From contig CM119386.1 of the NCBI GenBank assembly GCA_051294905.1, positions 11,222,001 to 11,286,000 on the forward strand: DNA of 64,000 nucleotides, in the 5' to 3' direction. This document shows, in pieces, positions 47,501 through 61,481 of the stretch (the first letter of the stretch is position 1; each line of letters begins with the position of its first letter). This stretch comes from Botryllus schlosseri (taxonomy: Eukaryota). A program made the translations under genes and the position numbers. The notes under the pieces are model-generated. The model ran no database searches. It had not been told where the DNA came from and was given only the letters and a program-made list of their open reading frames with translations.

Positions 47501-50500
47501 CAAATATTATGCTGTCAGACTACTGCGTTTTCGTTGTTTTACTGTCTGGTGATGAATTCAAAACGCAGGTTTTTTCCGATTTGCATTTCAGCTTCTCCGT
47601 GCTTCGCCTGCTCCGTATGACGCTGCGTTCCGTAAAACGGAACGTGGTATAATTATTTGTGTTCTAAAATGTGCTGACTTTTAATATTGAATGATACTTT
47701 CTAACAGCAAGCAACATCGAACCCCATTCACAGTATGTTTTTGGATATGGTTGAATGATCATGTAAACTTATACAGTATGCAGACATCTCTCGTGCTCTC
47801 AATAATGCTAACCCATTTCAACCTTAACCTTAGTAATATGGCTTTTATTGTTTAATCAGTGCAATATAATTTCACTTGTGTAACGATTGTTTTCCTTTAT
47901 TCAGTGCTGACGTACAGTCTCATTAAAATAGCAAGCTTGACTGGAATCCATGCTATTGTGTTCATGGCCGTCGGTTGCAGTCCGGGAGGTCTCTTTAGCA
48001 ACGTTATATCGATGATGGTAGACGGAGATATGGCTCTGAGGTATTGCAATATGCTACGTTATTACCACATCGGCACTAAACTTACACAACATCTTTCTTT
48101 TTTAGTATCGCGTTGACGACCTGCACGAATATACTTGCGTTCGCCACTGTGCCGTTGTGGTTACTTTTCTTCACGTCCATCGAACAAATTAGCGATGAAC
48201 TTCATATTCCTTACAGCTCGTTAGGTATGTGTATAATTGTGTATAGTATATATGTAGCGTAGCGTTGTTATTCATTTAATAGTGGAATAGCTTTACTTGG
48301 CCATCGTCACGCGCGATTATATGAATAGCCAATCTATTTTTACATCTCTTGGCGCTGAATGATTATAGGCCTTGATGATTCAAAGCAAGAAACTGCACAT
48401 TGTGCATAAGAATCCAAATGTTTGAGTAACTCTGATGGTTCCGGCTAATATAGCAGGCATAATCAAGTACGAGTGTGGCGTCTCGTGGTCTAATACGCTG
48501 TATCAGTATATACCACCCGCTCCGGAGACCATGTCCCGTCCGTAATGAATTCTTTGCCACACAAAAGGTTTTCTTGTATACGTCGAATGTTTTACGAAAT
48601 TTGTAATATGATGAGAAACACAAAGCATATATAAATAAAAAAGGTCAACATATGTTTCGTTTAATACGTTCGAAAATCAATATACAAGTCACGAAGCTTG
48701 CGATTAGAAACTTGGTATGGCAGTATGCCCTCTTCCCACAACAGAGATGAGGCCACTGACGCGACAATGCTGCATGCTCACCGTTTCCCTCACGTATTTA
48801 AAAACATTATAAATCGCGTTACGATCCGAAATGTACACCGCTTGTTTTGCAGCTATAAGCCTCGTGAGCCTGGTCGTTCCGATAATCCTGGGAATACTGT
48901 TTCGACTAAAGTTTGTGAGAATCGCGCGATACATGGCGAAGGTAAGTTTCTTGGACGCATTCTGTTCTGTCCCGTCGAGATGGGAATCGGTGAACTTGAC
49001 GTGATTTCGATTGTTATTGTTCGATGTGCAATTGTGCATGTGCATTGTGCAAAATTGTGTATATACCATAAGGTTATGGTAGGCTACATCAGATCATTCG
49101 GGCGTCTCGAGACTTAAATATACACACGAAGCATCCATGCTTTACTGGTAGGCCTACCAATGTAGGGACTTTCAGGCGAACGTTAAAAAGATGTAACCGG
49201 ACTCGCACCAGGAATCGTGATTGAGTCGTGTTGCACATTTGTACCTGACTGCTGATTTTCATTACAATTCTGAACTGCAATCTTTTCATGAATTATTGAT
49301 CCATCGCTATCGCATGGACATGGTGCGACCTTTGCTCTGCATCCAAGCAGTTTCCTGATAAAATGCCCAAGATTGAATTGGCAATCACAATCACCAGATT
49401 CGGCATCAGTAATGTAATGTAAGCATGATTCCAAATGAATTAAGACGGCTTCAAGGTATTTCGTACAACTGCTTGTGACCTCGACGCCGATGATTTCAAT
49501 GCAGTTTCTCTGTGTGGTGTGTGTATCCTCCTTACTAAATCATCTATTATAGTCCATATTCAGTTCGCGCAAACATAATGACACGGCAATCATATCTGTA
49601 ATCAGTAAAGTCACGAATTCAGTTGTATCCCGTCATTTTTTATATACCCGGCATACTTACGGGATATTATCCTGTTAAAATGTTGGATAGAGCTCCCGAG
49701 ATGTTGTATATCAATCATGTGTTGGGATATATCCCGACCTCGTTGGATACACCGCAGTCTGCAGATCAATTTTGATTTTGTATTTGTCGAGTTAAAACCG
49801 TATATGTGCAACTGTGCATTGTGCAGTAGGGCTGATCAAGGATAATCCGAGGATTATCAACGAAAAACTCAAATAACCCCGCTTCTTCTAGTTGGAGTTG
49901 ACTCAAATTTGTTTTGCATCGTCTTTGAAGACAGCTCAACAATTTCATGGGGTTGACAAAAAAATTTGAATTTTTTTTTTAAATTTTCCCCAATAAATTA
50001 TAATTTTTAATTGGATCTGCGGAGTGTTATATGTGTTGGAATTGAACCAAATTTGGTGTGCAGGGTTTTTTAGAGTAACCTGATAATTTAATCAGTAAAT
50101 GGCTGGAATCCGGGATAAAAGTTATTGTTGAACAGCCCTAATGTGCAGTGACGTGTATAAATATGGGATATATTAATCGCCAGTCTGCCTTCAGCAGCTG
50201 CACAATAATACACCACTATCAACACTCCACCATTTTGAGACCCAGGTATATCACATATTTAGTATTTTTTGTGTTGGAAGGTTGTGAACTTGTGATTAAT
50301 ATGCATGCATAGTATATACCGTGGCCTATGGCCTAGGCCCCGTTTATAGGCTACTCATCTGCAAAAGCGTTATAATGCATATATGCCAATTGCATCAAGT
50401 TCTGCCGTCTGTCGATTAGATTTATATGGCTAGAATGGTTTGAACTCCCTCGTATTTATTCTGAGTTCGCCACGTTTCCATCGAGTATTTAAATTACATG

Positions 50501-52268
50501 TCCGCTTTATAGTGCTTACATATGCAATATACAATAACTCTCTCTTTATCACTTTCAGGGATGCGGTATATTTGGATTCGTGTTACTGATCGTAACTATT
50601 GTTGCTATGGTGATACGAAACGAAGTTCCGCTAGTGTTCACGGTGAATTCCGTACTGGTAAGATCACTGATTGTTTTGTGACAAGGTTTTGCATTCTGTT
50701 TATTTTATGTTGATAATGCTTATACCTCGAGGCCGAGTTTGACACAATACTATCATGCTTAGCGCGTTCGATGTAATCAAATTCATCTAACGTTCTGAAT
50801 TCACCTGTATCGAAAGAGTCGTCCCTGTCGGCTACAATCTCGCCGAGTCGACTCACGAATTTTGACGCGCATATGATCAATAAAATCTTTAGTGAAATTC
50901 TCCCGAATTCGCAATAAATCTTACATGACTATTGGGATAACTCCCAACTAATGTTGCTATGACGGCGGAGAGTGCGGATAAAGTTGGCGAATTTGAGCTA
51001 TGAGTATATTGATTACAGACCCGAAAATACGAAACCATTAATACAGAAATTTAGGTGATAATGTATGACGTGATAAGTGAAAAAGCATCACAACATCATA
51101 AATGGGAAATATGGCAGAGTAGAGGGAATACTTCCTCTTTTCCCCCATGCTTTTCCAAATTAGATCAGAAGTAGAATTACTAAATCCGCAAAATAAATGC
51201 AAAAAAAATCAAGCTCAGTTCATACGTTAGTGGCTAGTCGGTTAAAATAGGATATTGTGATTTCAAAAGACTCTCGTTTCGACACCTTCCTGTCTTTCAT
51301 TGTATTGCAGTCTTGTAGTGTATTGAAATGACAAAATTTTTAGCAATAAATTGAATTGACTTGACTTGAAAATTTGAAAATGTTTAGTTTGAAAAATGTG
51401 CACGCAGATAAAATATAAGAATAAAATCATTGGAAAAATAAATAAAAATCAAAAAGATAAATGGAACGCCTCTTGCACTCTTGGAATATCTCATAATGTT
51501 CTGTGTTGTTAACAATATGAAGTTACTGTTTCGCGTTATTCCGAAATTCTGTACCCCAAATGGCTTGTTTGATAGTTATCTGTTTCCATATATCTTTGTG
51601 AGAAATCATGGAGATGATCAGTCTCTCCACAAAAATAAAAATTTATTATTAATAATAATGACATAGAGTTTAAGGTAAATTAAGCTAATAGGCTTTTTCT
51701 GACAATTTATTTAACTGTGTATAATGTATATAACTCTGGTAGCCCTTCGCAGTACCCAAGAAGTTGCTTTCGGGTTCAAAAAGGTTCGTGACCCCTGGCC
51801 TACTTTGTTGAACAAGTCTGCTCTGTATACCTGTGTTATTCTGTTTACCAGACGTACAGATTCTTTTGGCATCATGGTCTGTTGCATTTACAGCCTGTTG
51901 TTTTCTTACCCCTCATCGGAATGTCTCTGTCGTATCTCCTCAGCTGTATCCCGCAGCTTCACCTTTCGAGCGGGGCCAGACGGACCGTTGCCATCGAGAC
52001 TTCGATCCAAAACGGCAACCTGTCGAACAACATCGTCTTCTTAACTTACGCCGACAACTTGACTTTGTTTACGAGCGCCGTTCCTATCACGCTGCTGTTC
52101 TCGGTAGCGCAATCTTTTTATAACGTAATAATGGTGTTTGGCTATAAGGGCTACCGGATGTGGAAGACAAGACACGAGGAGAAGGATACTGTAACTCTTC
52201 AAAGCGCCGTTAGCTACCAAAACATGGATGACAGCCATATAAAAGCGCGAAATTACGACTTTATTTGA
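44561..52268 (+). CDS. slc10a: SLC10A-family sodium/bile acid symporter (ASBT/NTCP-like), 7 exons, 351 aa
   Basis: Exons 44561-44673, 45136-45260, 47905-48040, 48106-48224, 48853-48941, 50559-50657, 51894-52268 (1056 nt, GT-AG, consistent phases). Motifs MFGMG, LCQIFMMP, GCSPGGLFSN, DGDMALSIALT, RTVAIETSIQN; N-terminal NVS and NTT sequons. The paralogue cannot be assigned by eye. Confidence 0.92.
49827..50140. mobile_element. hAT MITE (SLC10 intron 5)
   Basis: TIR TAGGGCTG(A/T)TCAA; TSD TTGTGCAG / ATGTGCAG (7/8). Confidence 0.8.
51277..51368 (+). mobile_element. Extreme 3' end of a related LINE
   Basis: TTTCGACACCTTCCTGTCTTTCATTGTATTGCAGTCTTG matches about 38902-38945, followed by AATAAA and a TTGAC tail. 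Confidence 0.7.
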
Positions 52269-55022
52269 TACCAGGCGTCATTTTTTATGTTACCGTGCTA
52301 TGCATTAGATTGAAACCAAACCGGAGTTCAATATCAGCAATCGCGATCCGAGTCTGCAGCCACTGTCAATCTCTATGGTGCCGAGACGCAATGAGAGTTA
52401 TTGAATTGCATGTTTGAATGCAAGCTGAATCCACGCGTTTCTGTTATGCTCGAAGCTCACCATTGATCAGGTGCCGTTGTTCAGTAAACTGCCCTTTATG
52501 AATTCTCATTTTCAACTATGCAAATGTGGTAACGTGACGCATGGAAGCGAGAGGGATTGAAGAATGGGAGCGCGGGTGAATAATGATTACCAACTAAAAA
52601 GACCAAAATGGGATATTACGAAATTACCACATGGCGTAGGCTTATATACAAAGTCTTCGTAGGCGATAACGACGCTGTTGTGTTACATCGTTATGAAGTA
52701 GTAATAATAATCGTGATACTAATCGTGATTTATATACGCTATGTACAACATGTGTATCCGCAAACGGGACATCGGTAGCATTTTGTGTGGCTCCAGAATT
52801 TACACGAAGCGTCTGTGCCGTTTCCGCAGCGCGATGCCATGCGGTTTTTCTGTGTACTGTACATTTCTGTATTTATACATTCTTACATATCTCCCGAGCG
52901 CAACCATTGCCAACATCCCGCGTGTTGCATAGTGCATACCCCTGTTCTTTCGTCACAAATACATCGCGTCCAAGGCACTGTTTTTGTCGTTGTCCGTATA
53001 ATGTAACTTTTAGTTCTACTTTTTCGTGTTTGTTTCATTTTTAAATATCTTCGCAACTTGGTACCTGAATTTTTCCTTTTTTATTTATGCTTACGAATAA
53101 ACTTAAACAAATGACTCATGTCGATCACTCAGAAAGCGATTACCATTGAATCAAACACCTGGATGCCGGATCAATGGAAGGAACTCGGGGATTGTAAAGC
53201 ATATGAGCATTACGACATTGGACAATGACACCGAGGGTATCGCAATGTCTCTTTCGCGCTTTCCGTGCTCGTTTCACATATTAGCTCATCGTAAAACATA
53301 TTTTAGCTACAGAGAATAAACCTCGCCTGTCATTAGACAGGTGACAGTTACATCCGCATCTCACTTAATGACGAAATTTGACGTGAAATGAATGGGTTGG
53401 TTCGATTTATACCTCCACGTCCCAATCAAGGATTTTTTTCCGCCGCACCTGAACGTCATATATTGAAATGTAAACCGTGTTACAGATTTGAGCTTTGAAT
53501 AAAATTCAGATATGATTTCACTTCCGTATCTGATTAGGCCTACATTTTCCGGTGCAACGAATGAATGATCAAGAATGACACGAAAGACATAAAGAAAATA
53601 TCGACATTACGCGTCAAATTATATGTCACAATCTTGCTATGAAAATCAATAAACTCGCGACCACCTATCGAGGCACACTGCTGTATAGGCTACATGCGAG
53701 GTAACAATGGATTTGGAGCGGAATGCAACATATTTGACGCGTTTGGCTGCTTTTGAATTTACGAGTCTTTCTAAATCAGGTTTTGGATTCTGAAATGAAA
53801 TTCCGCATAATCGACACACACCGGTGGCGGTTCGGTTCGTTGACACGACGTACTGATTTCCTCAGACTTTTGCAATACATAACAGCAAATCAATGAATCA
53901 AGCCACTACTGGATGTGGACTTGAATTTGGACATGATACCAGTGAATGCGGACTTGGATCGAAGCTCTAAAATTCTCAACAGGATTTTGATGGAAACATT
54001 TTAAAATCGGTTGATCTGCCGCAGTGGTGGGCACCGGGCAATTATTTTCCTCCGCGGGCCAAATGAGAAGTTGAAAATACGTTGGCGGGCCGAGAGAAAA
54101 ATTCTAGCTATATTCTAAGCGTATTTATATTTTATTTCTAAATTACAGTGTCAATAAATGCTACTCAGTGAATGTGTTGATATGAGGGAATAAGAAAGTG
54201 ACAGTAAATTAAATGATTCGAAACAATGTTAAACATGATACATTTTTTAAATCTCTTCAAGCCCCTATCCACGTTCTTCTATTAAGACTCTAAAACAGTG
54301 GTTCTAAAACTTTTTTAAGCATGCCTCCTTTTGTGATAGTGAAAAAATTCACACCACTCTTATCATGATATCACAAAATATTAAAAAGTGCAACCAGAAT
54401 GCTAGCAATCCCAACGGATAGTTTGATGGCATGGAAGGTTATGGCTGTTGATGAAAGAATTCTGAAATATCAAAGTCAGGCAATACACAGACTAACAATA
54501 ATAAGCTAGGGGTAAGTCGCGCGGAGTGCGAAAAAAAATCATCAAACTTCGGCTTTCACGCCCCCCCCCCCAGATCGAGAACCACTACACAGAAATGTAT
54601 ATGCGATAATATAGTCTACAAAGCTTATTGACTTGGTCGCTGCATTCCGAGCAGCAGTGTGCAACTTGAATAGCCTCGATGTTGAGCGAAGCTGGCATTT
54701 TTTCTGAAATTCTCCCTCCCGTGACCGAGTGTTTCGTGTTTTTGTCATAAGACCGACTTTAATTGAAATCCTTAATCTCGGCGACATGCTCGCATAAACT
54801 AAAAGGACCGATTTTCCTCTGTCTCCAGTATACAAATATTTAGTGCTGCTCTAAACCTTTAAATTTCAGTTTTCGGCTTTCTTTTTTGACATGACCGTTC
54901 ATCGTTCATGGGTGATAGATATGATGAGTCATATAGTAATCGCGAGCACTGATTGACTTGTTTTACGAATTGGAAATTTGGAGACGTATCACGTAACAAT
55001 TTGAAACACATACCGTATGGTG

Positions 55023-56543
55023 CAGGGGTGTCAAATATAAGGCCCGCGTGCCGCATCCGGCCCGTCAGACGATTTCATCCGGCCCGCGAAGCAATTCTGA
55101 GTAGATTCAAAAATTCTTATGATATCCAGCATATTTCTAACAAATGTTTGAATTTTTCGTACGAAATATACTTCCATTAAATAATCCCTCAAAACAGCAA
55201 ATGTCGAGATTATTCATTGTTCATAGGCTACATTAGAACCAACCTGCCTGTCTTGTGGTTTCACTTTAGTCCAGAGGCTGGCATACTTTTTGGCTCGCGG
55301 GCTGCACTATATTAAATTAAGATTGTTAGGCAAAACGCAATGTTTTTATAATTATGTAGTGACCGAGGAAATATGGAGTTAGTATATCTAAGCTGATCGT
55401 CCATAATGACCAGTCTTTCAAAATTAGGAACGAAAGTCGGTTGTGCCGACTGCCGATTTTTAGAACAGGATGGAAATAAGAATCTGTGACAGCGACCTGT
55501 TCATAGATTTGCTGATTCTACTTTTATTTTACCTCTAGCACACACTATGCTGGTATAGTATCATAACTATGTTACCTTTAACTACGTTTCTACAATATAT
55601 AGATAATATAAATAAATGAGTACTTCTACACATATCGAGGAGGAATTTACACAACACACGCGTGAATCGGTGTTTCTAAATAGCGCACTTAAAGTAATAA
55701 ACTTGCTGGAGTTGCCAATTCAAAATCACACTCGTGAACTTAATTATCTCATTTTCATTTTGACTTTCTGTGATAGCTATCCAAACCATTCAAAATGTGC
55801 AGGCTTTGAGGTGAGGCTATTGCGATAGCAATAAAATAGGACAACAGACTACGGACTAACTTATCACACTCATGGGGAAATATATTACGAAAAAGTTCAG
55901 ATAAGTCACTGCAATAATTAGATTTTTAGTACGTATTTCATCAATATTTTTAAAACGTTTCTTGAGACATTTGCGGGTGCGGGTTTCCCACCCCTGCTCT
56001 AGTGGCAATTAGGAACGAGACGTTGTCATTGACACCCGATTCCGAGAAAGCAAAAAATTGTACGCACTGAGTTCAAAGTGTTATTGACAGATAGACCAAA
56101 AACTAGTTATTCACAGAAGCGAAAACGCCAATGCAAACCCGTTACATGCAGGATGCATAGGTAATATAATAGTTACACAGAAGATTAAATCAAATATCTG
56201 TGATCACACTGCTGTCACTTCTGACTCACGAGGTCTACGTACTCCAGAGAAACTATCGTCACGATTGAATAATATATAGCAGTATTCTAATGCCCAATCA
56301 CCTTATACTTTGTTATTTTGTCAATTCGATCGGTTGTTTGCGAATAAAGGTATAGCTAAATTGTACCTCTATATGTACTGTAATATACTAATATAATATA
56401 TAGCTAATATAATATATGTACTAAAATAATAATATTTAATGAAACACAAGGGCATGGATTTATTAGTCATATTTTGGTCCGGCCCGCGAGCGAGCTGAAG
56501 GCTTGAATCCGGCCCGCGGCGCCAGTTGAGTTTGACTCACCTC
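55023..56543. mobile_element. hAT (Charlie-type) MITE
   Basis: CAGGGGTGTCAAA / TTTGACTCACCTC termini; CCGGCCCGCG subrepeats; TSD GTATGGTG / GTATAATG (6/8). Confidence 0.6.
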
Positions 56544-56924
56544 GTATAATGCTAAATGCGAGAATGGCAACAAAGAAGGTTTGAACTAAGCTATATGGAA
56601 AGAGTGATTTCTTGTGACCTAAATTGCTACTCACACTTTGCCACATTGACTTTATTTTGAATCTGGATTACGCTTGCCAGTTACGTAGGCAGCGTCGTGG
56701 CATATTTATGAACATGAACTGAACACTGAACAGGCTTCAAAGTAAACGAATTTCGTGTTCAGTTGATACAGCCTATGGTTTTAGTCATTCAAAATTCAAG
56801 TTTTATGTTTTGATTTCCAAGCAACCTTTCGCGGGCCGCACAGAATAGCTTCGCAGGCCGCATTTGGCCCGCGGGCCGCACTTTGCCCCGGTCTGATCTA
56901 CCGTGATTTTGGTTAAAAGTTATC

Positions 56925-57040
56925 CAATTGAATAGTATATTCATATTGAAATGAACCCGAATATTTTCGGCTGACACTCGTCAGGGGTAATCGTCAGCAA
57001 CTAGTAGAGAATTGGACAGAACATTGTATATCAACAATCG
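56925..57040 (-). mobile_element. Solo Penelope pLTR fragment C (116 bp)
   Basis: Nearly identical to about 11064-11180; 11-bp TSD TAAAAGTTATC (56914-56924, 57041-57051). Confidence 0.88.
56955..56988 (-). ncRNA. Minimal type I hammerhead ribozyme motif
   Basis: Intact core, identical to 11104-11137. Confidence 0.8.
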
Positions 57041-58760
57041 TAAAAGTTATCTCAACGACATTCCTACCGTAGACATTTGATAATTTATTTGACTCGCTTG
57101 GTGACAGCCAAGAGCTTTCAGATTTTGTCTGTCTCGTCTGATATCGATTCATGGGTGTTCTGTTCACAAATCACAAGCAGGGCGCTAAAGAGTTGCTCAA
57201 ATCTTGACCTTCGCAAGATTACAAATCACGACTGGGAATCCCACTCATGACTATAGGTAGTTCGACTCTTTACTTGAAGTAGGCCTACATGTGTTCAGAA
57301 TCCAAAAAAGGACATTTTTTCCAGGGTTGTAATGACTCGAGTCAGACTCGATCGAGTCACGATTTTCTGATGACTCGACTTGACTCGAGTCATTTTCTAA
57401 ACATACGGAAATGACTCGACTCGACTCTGCTGCTAGGACAAGTTGTTGGAAAACCTTTTTTACACAAGCAATTTAGCATGTCGCACGGCCACTGTAATTT
57501 TTTGTAAATAAATACAACATCTCGCCTAAAAGTCTCGTTGAAAGTATAAGCAACTAATGAAATTCGAAAACGAGGACATTTGGGCGTCCTCAGAGGACCA
57601 TTGTTTTTTCTTGAGAAGAGAAGACAAATATTCCTAAAAGAGGACATTGTTCCAACTTGAATACCCGACTTCCAATACGAGTTATATTTCGATATCACTG
57701 TCCAATCTAGAGTTATAATTCATACACGTTGGATTTCGCGACTCTGACTCCGACTCCAACAAATTGAAAAGCGCGACTCTAAAGTTACGATTCAATTGAC
57801 TTAAAATGTCTCGACTCGCAACTTTACCTATAATTTCTTAGTCCAGCTCACGAGGAAGATTGCGAGAGCTGTTCGGCAGACCGCTCGGCGCTCACCAATA
57901 CTCGTCGAAAGTTATAATGGGTGATACTTGCGATATCCACCATAAAGTAACCAGATAAGGGCCAACGTACATCCAAACCAACATCAGAGAAGCCACGATG
58001 TGGAAAATGTTGTTACGAGCTACGTGTTTTCTAGTCAGCATGTTGGTAAATTACAGTCACATCTGCATCTGAAAGGTAGATCGCACCCCCGCTAAATAGT
58101 GATCATTAGGGCGATTTTTTTACCTAAAAAACGAATGATTTTGACCTAAAAAATCAAAACGTTACCTGTTTACCTTAAAAATCTTAATTTCGACCAAATT
58201 TTGACCTCACGTATCTGCATTAGGTGCCTTCCCACAAAATCTTAGAATTGTACTACTTATCTTCATTTCTTGTTGGAAATGTCAGTCATTGGGAAGTATA
58301 GTTAGGCCTGCGCTAACTTTTATGACTTAAAATCTGACAAATTTTTACATGAAAAACTTTATTTTAACTAAATCTGGACCAATGAAGAATTTCAGTAGTT
58401 ACATCACGCATTATGGGAGAACTATATTATGTGTGTCACTGTCTATCCTTGCTAAGTAGCTTGCCAAGAATGAAGAAAGAGCGTTAACAGTAGCAGTTGT
58501 TGGCTCGCAACACTGAAGTTGTGTGTTACGCGGCTGGCGACACACCGTGTTGCTTATTCATTCTGGCAATTTTGTCTACATCACCATTTCCCATCATACG
58601 CTTGTTGATATAAAAACCAATGCCCATTGCTTCAGTTAGGATATTGCGATGCGTTGAGCATAACACTATGTCAAACTATGTTTCATTTGGCCGTTTATGA
58701 TTCACAATGAGCAGGCAATGGGCCGCGTCTACAACGGTAGCCCGCAAAATTGGGCTACAA

Positions 58761-59603
58761 CAGTGGTTCTCAACCTTTTTGTCTTCGCGAACCTCCACGA
58801 AGTTTTAGTTCAAATTTAGCTCAATTATCGTGTAATCGTCATCTGTCTTGTGCAAATGATCACTGTAGGCTTAGTGATAAAGAGCAACAAAATGACTTTT
58901 CTCGAAAATAAGATCATATACTATTCATCTAGAAATTAGGTTCACTATTATTTCGAAGCGAATTCTGCAACTGCATTTCTTGAAATACGTGGTCGTGTCT
59001 TCAAAATCCGCCCCTTCGATTTGATACGAACGAGTGCCGAAAATCCATTTCCACAAATATAGGTGGTGGCGAATGTAATAATAACGCATAACGCTTCCGA
59101 CGGCCCAATTGGGTATGATCGCAACAAATATGGCACCAAAAATGACAAACAAATTTCTTTAATGGACATGTAAGGTCAAGCCTGGTCATTCTATCTAGCC
59201 GTTTATCTTGAAGTTATTATGTTATTGCAGAAAGTGGTTGTGTATATCACAGGAGAAAATGGATTTTTGTAAACATTTCGAAGTCTCTGTGATTGACCTT
59301 ACTCATCCAACTTTTTTCCTCAATCCCCAACAATACATCTCTAAACAACAAAATGTTTGTGTCAGTAGGCTATTGGAAATTTAGCAATTAAAATGAGTCT
59401 GCACAATAGGATATTTCATCTCAGATGGCCATTCTATTAATGTGAGCTCTGGAGATTTACTAGTAGTGAAGCGAAACGGCCTCGTGATTTTCCGAATTTA
59501 AGAAAAACAAGTTAGGTTATCAACTATTTTGAGGCTTCGCGGACCCCCTCAAAATGTTCCGCGGACCCCTAGGGGTCCACGGATCCCCGGTTGAGAACCA
59601 CTG
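58761..59603 (-). mobile_element. Charlie/Buster hAT deletion derivative with a transposase C-terminal remnant
   Basis: TIR CAGTGGTTCTCAACC / GGTTGAGAACCACTG; TSD GGCTACAA / GGCTAAAA (7/8). 59169-58948 encodes SYPIGPSEALCVIITFATTYICGNGFSALVRIKSKGR (pattern FxTTYLCExGFSxLxxIK). Confidence 0.85.
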
Positions 59604-59855
59604 GGCTAAAAGCTGTGAAATATGAATGATAAGCTCGCCCACAGCGCAAACATCTACAATAGAAACGAAATGCAGGTTGCAAAAACATTTTGACTTTGTA
59701 AACAATTTTAACATTTCTTGACCTAACGCTACAATTTTGACTAGATGTTGACTTTTTTGACATGCCAAAAAAATCGCCCTAGTGATCACTACTCTATCAT
59801 GTCTTCCCTGCCTGCTGAGTCAATGTTGTTGATACTGACGAAACCCCCGTGCTGA

Positions 59856-60844
59856 CAGGGATGGTGTGAACCTCTGAAAGGTTCTGGTTCGTGTGAACGC
59901 GAACCTTTTTGAAAGGTTCTGTGTGAACACGAACGTGAACCTCGTGACGTCATATTGATAATTACAACCCTACATTTCAGTAAAGTTGCAGCCTATATTG
60001 GTGTACACGATAGCTAGCGATGACTCGGGCCACATGATTCCACAATGCTGAAATACATTTTGACGATTTACACTTCGCCAAATGTATCAAATGGGACAAT
60101 CAAATGATATAATAACCCCATAAAAACCAATATCTTCCGTCGCATTGCCAACAATTTCGACGAGGACTTGCAAGGGAATATAAGCTTACGCCGTAACGGT
60201 CAAGGCGAGACGGGACAATGTATTCGGCGTCCGAGTATTGCTACATTGATATTGAGCAGAGTGTAAAACGGGTTTTTATACTTGCTACCGATATTACCCC
60301 AATAACAAGTTATACAGCAGTAGCCAACACCCCAGTCGCACGGATTTGGTTTTTATGATACAATGAACATATGAAGATTGGCACCGTACTCTTGTTGGAT
60401 TTTTTTTTATATCAGATAACGATATCAAGTTCATTGATTGGTTGAATAAGCATCATTCACTGACTACATGTATAGTGTATTTGCTCTTGATGTTGTGTGA
60501 TTGCGGGTCAAGCTCAAAGCAGAGAGTCACTAAATATTCACAAACGGAAAGCTGGATATTTCGAGCAAACTTTTGTAACAAAGCAAGTAAAATTTTTGAG
60601 ATTGTCAAGATGTATGGTCGTTTAGAGTTTATTTTTTTATGCTGCCAGCGCCAGGCATAGAGTGGCCCGCAATTGAAATGCAATAAATTTCAATCAAAGA
60701 TATTATATTGAAGTCAATATTGTAATATAAGAAAAAGGTTCACAGTGCAGAACCTACCAGGGTTCGTTTGTGAACGAGAACCTCTAAATTTCTGAGGTTC
60801 ACACACAGAACGCGAACGTGAACCTCACGTTCACACCATCCCTA
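59856..60844. mobile_element. Ac-like hAT MITE (GTGAACGCGAAC family), uninterrupted copy
   Basis: TIR CAGGGATGGTGTGAAC / GTTCACACCATCCCTA; TSD CGTGCTGA / AGTGCTGT (6/8). Confidence 0.85.
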
Positions 60845-61481
60845 AGTGCTGTGTTCTGAGCTGAGTAACGGTTCAGTGACATATCTACGATGTACTCACT
60901 GATGCACGGCACTGATATCATCGTAAATATTTGAAGCTCAATAACCGATAGACAATCACAAACTAAGTGGTTCGTTCGAAGGCGTGTACTAGTTATGGAC
61001 AGGTCGCATCTCTGCAAATCTCGTCTAGAGCTACTGACGACGTACAAATACAAACGAAGTTCATTTAGGTGCAAGTTTTTTGTGAGGTCATTCCAACGAA
61101 ACTCATTTGCAGTATGGATTTGACATTGTGCCAGAAAGAAGCTCATGCCATCAGTTATAAAAATGTAGAAAAAGTTCAAAATACATAAAAAACTATCTAT
61201 AATTTAACGCTTCGCCATCATGTTTTGAAACAATATTTGATAATATCAAGCCTTCTATAAATTCCGCAGTGTATATAGTAACTGCACCCCGACTAAAACA
61301 TAAGTCAGTACCAGTGATACGTAACAAAGTCGTAAGGTCACCGACGACAGATGCAACGGGTACAACATACCATGCAGCCCTCCGTCTTCGTACGAGCACA
61401 TCATATTATCCAACAGCAGCCAGATTCAAGAGCGAAAAAAATCCAGTATAGCTTTCCCGATCCCCCTAGCGATTGTCATAG

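Noticed and set aside
46325-49948. ORFs inside SLC10 introns as a nested gene
   Set aside because: No motifs or consistent splice structure were recognised.
58925-59189. Hydrophobic ORFs resembling a K+ channel pore captured by a MITE
   Set aside because: FATTYICGNGFSALVRIK is the Charlie/Buster transposase C-terminal motif, i.e. the element's own remnant.
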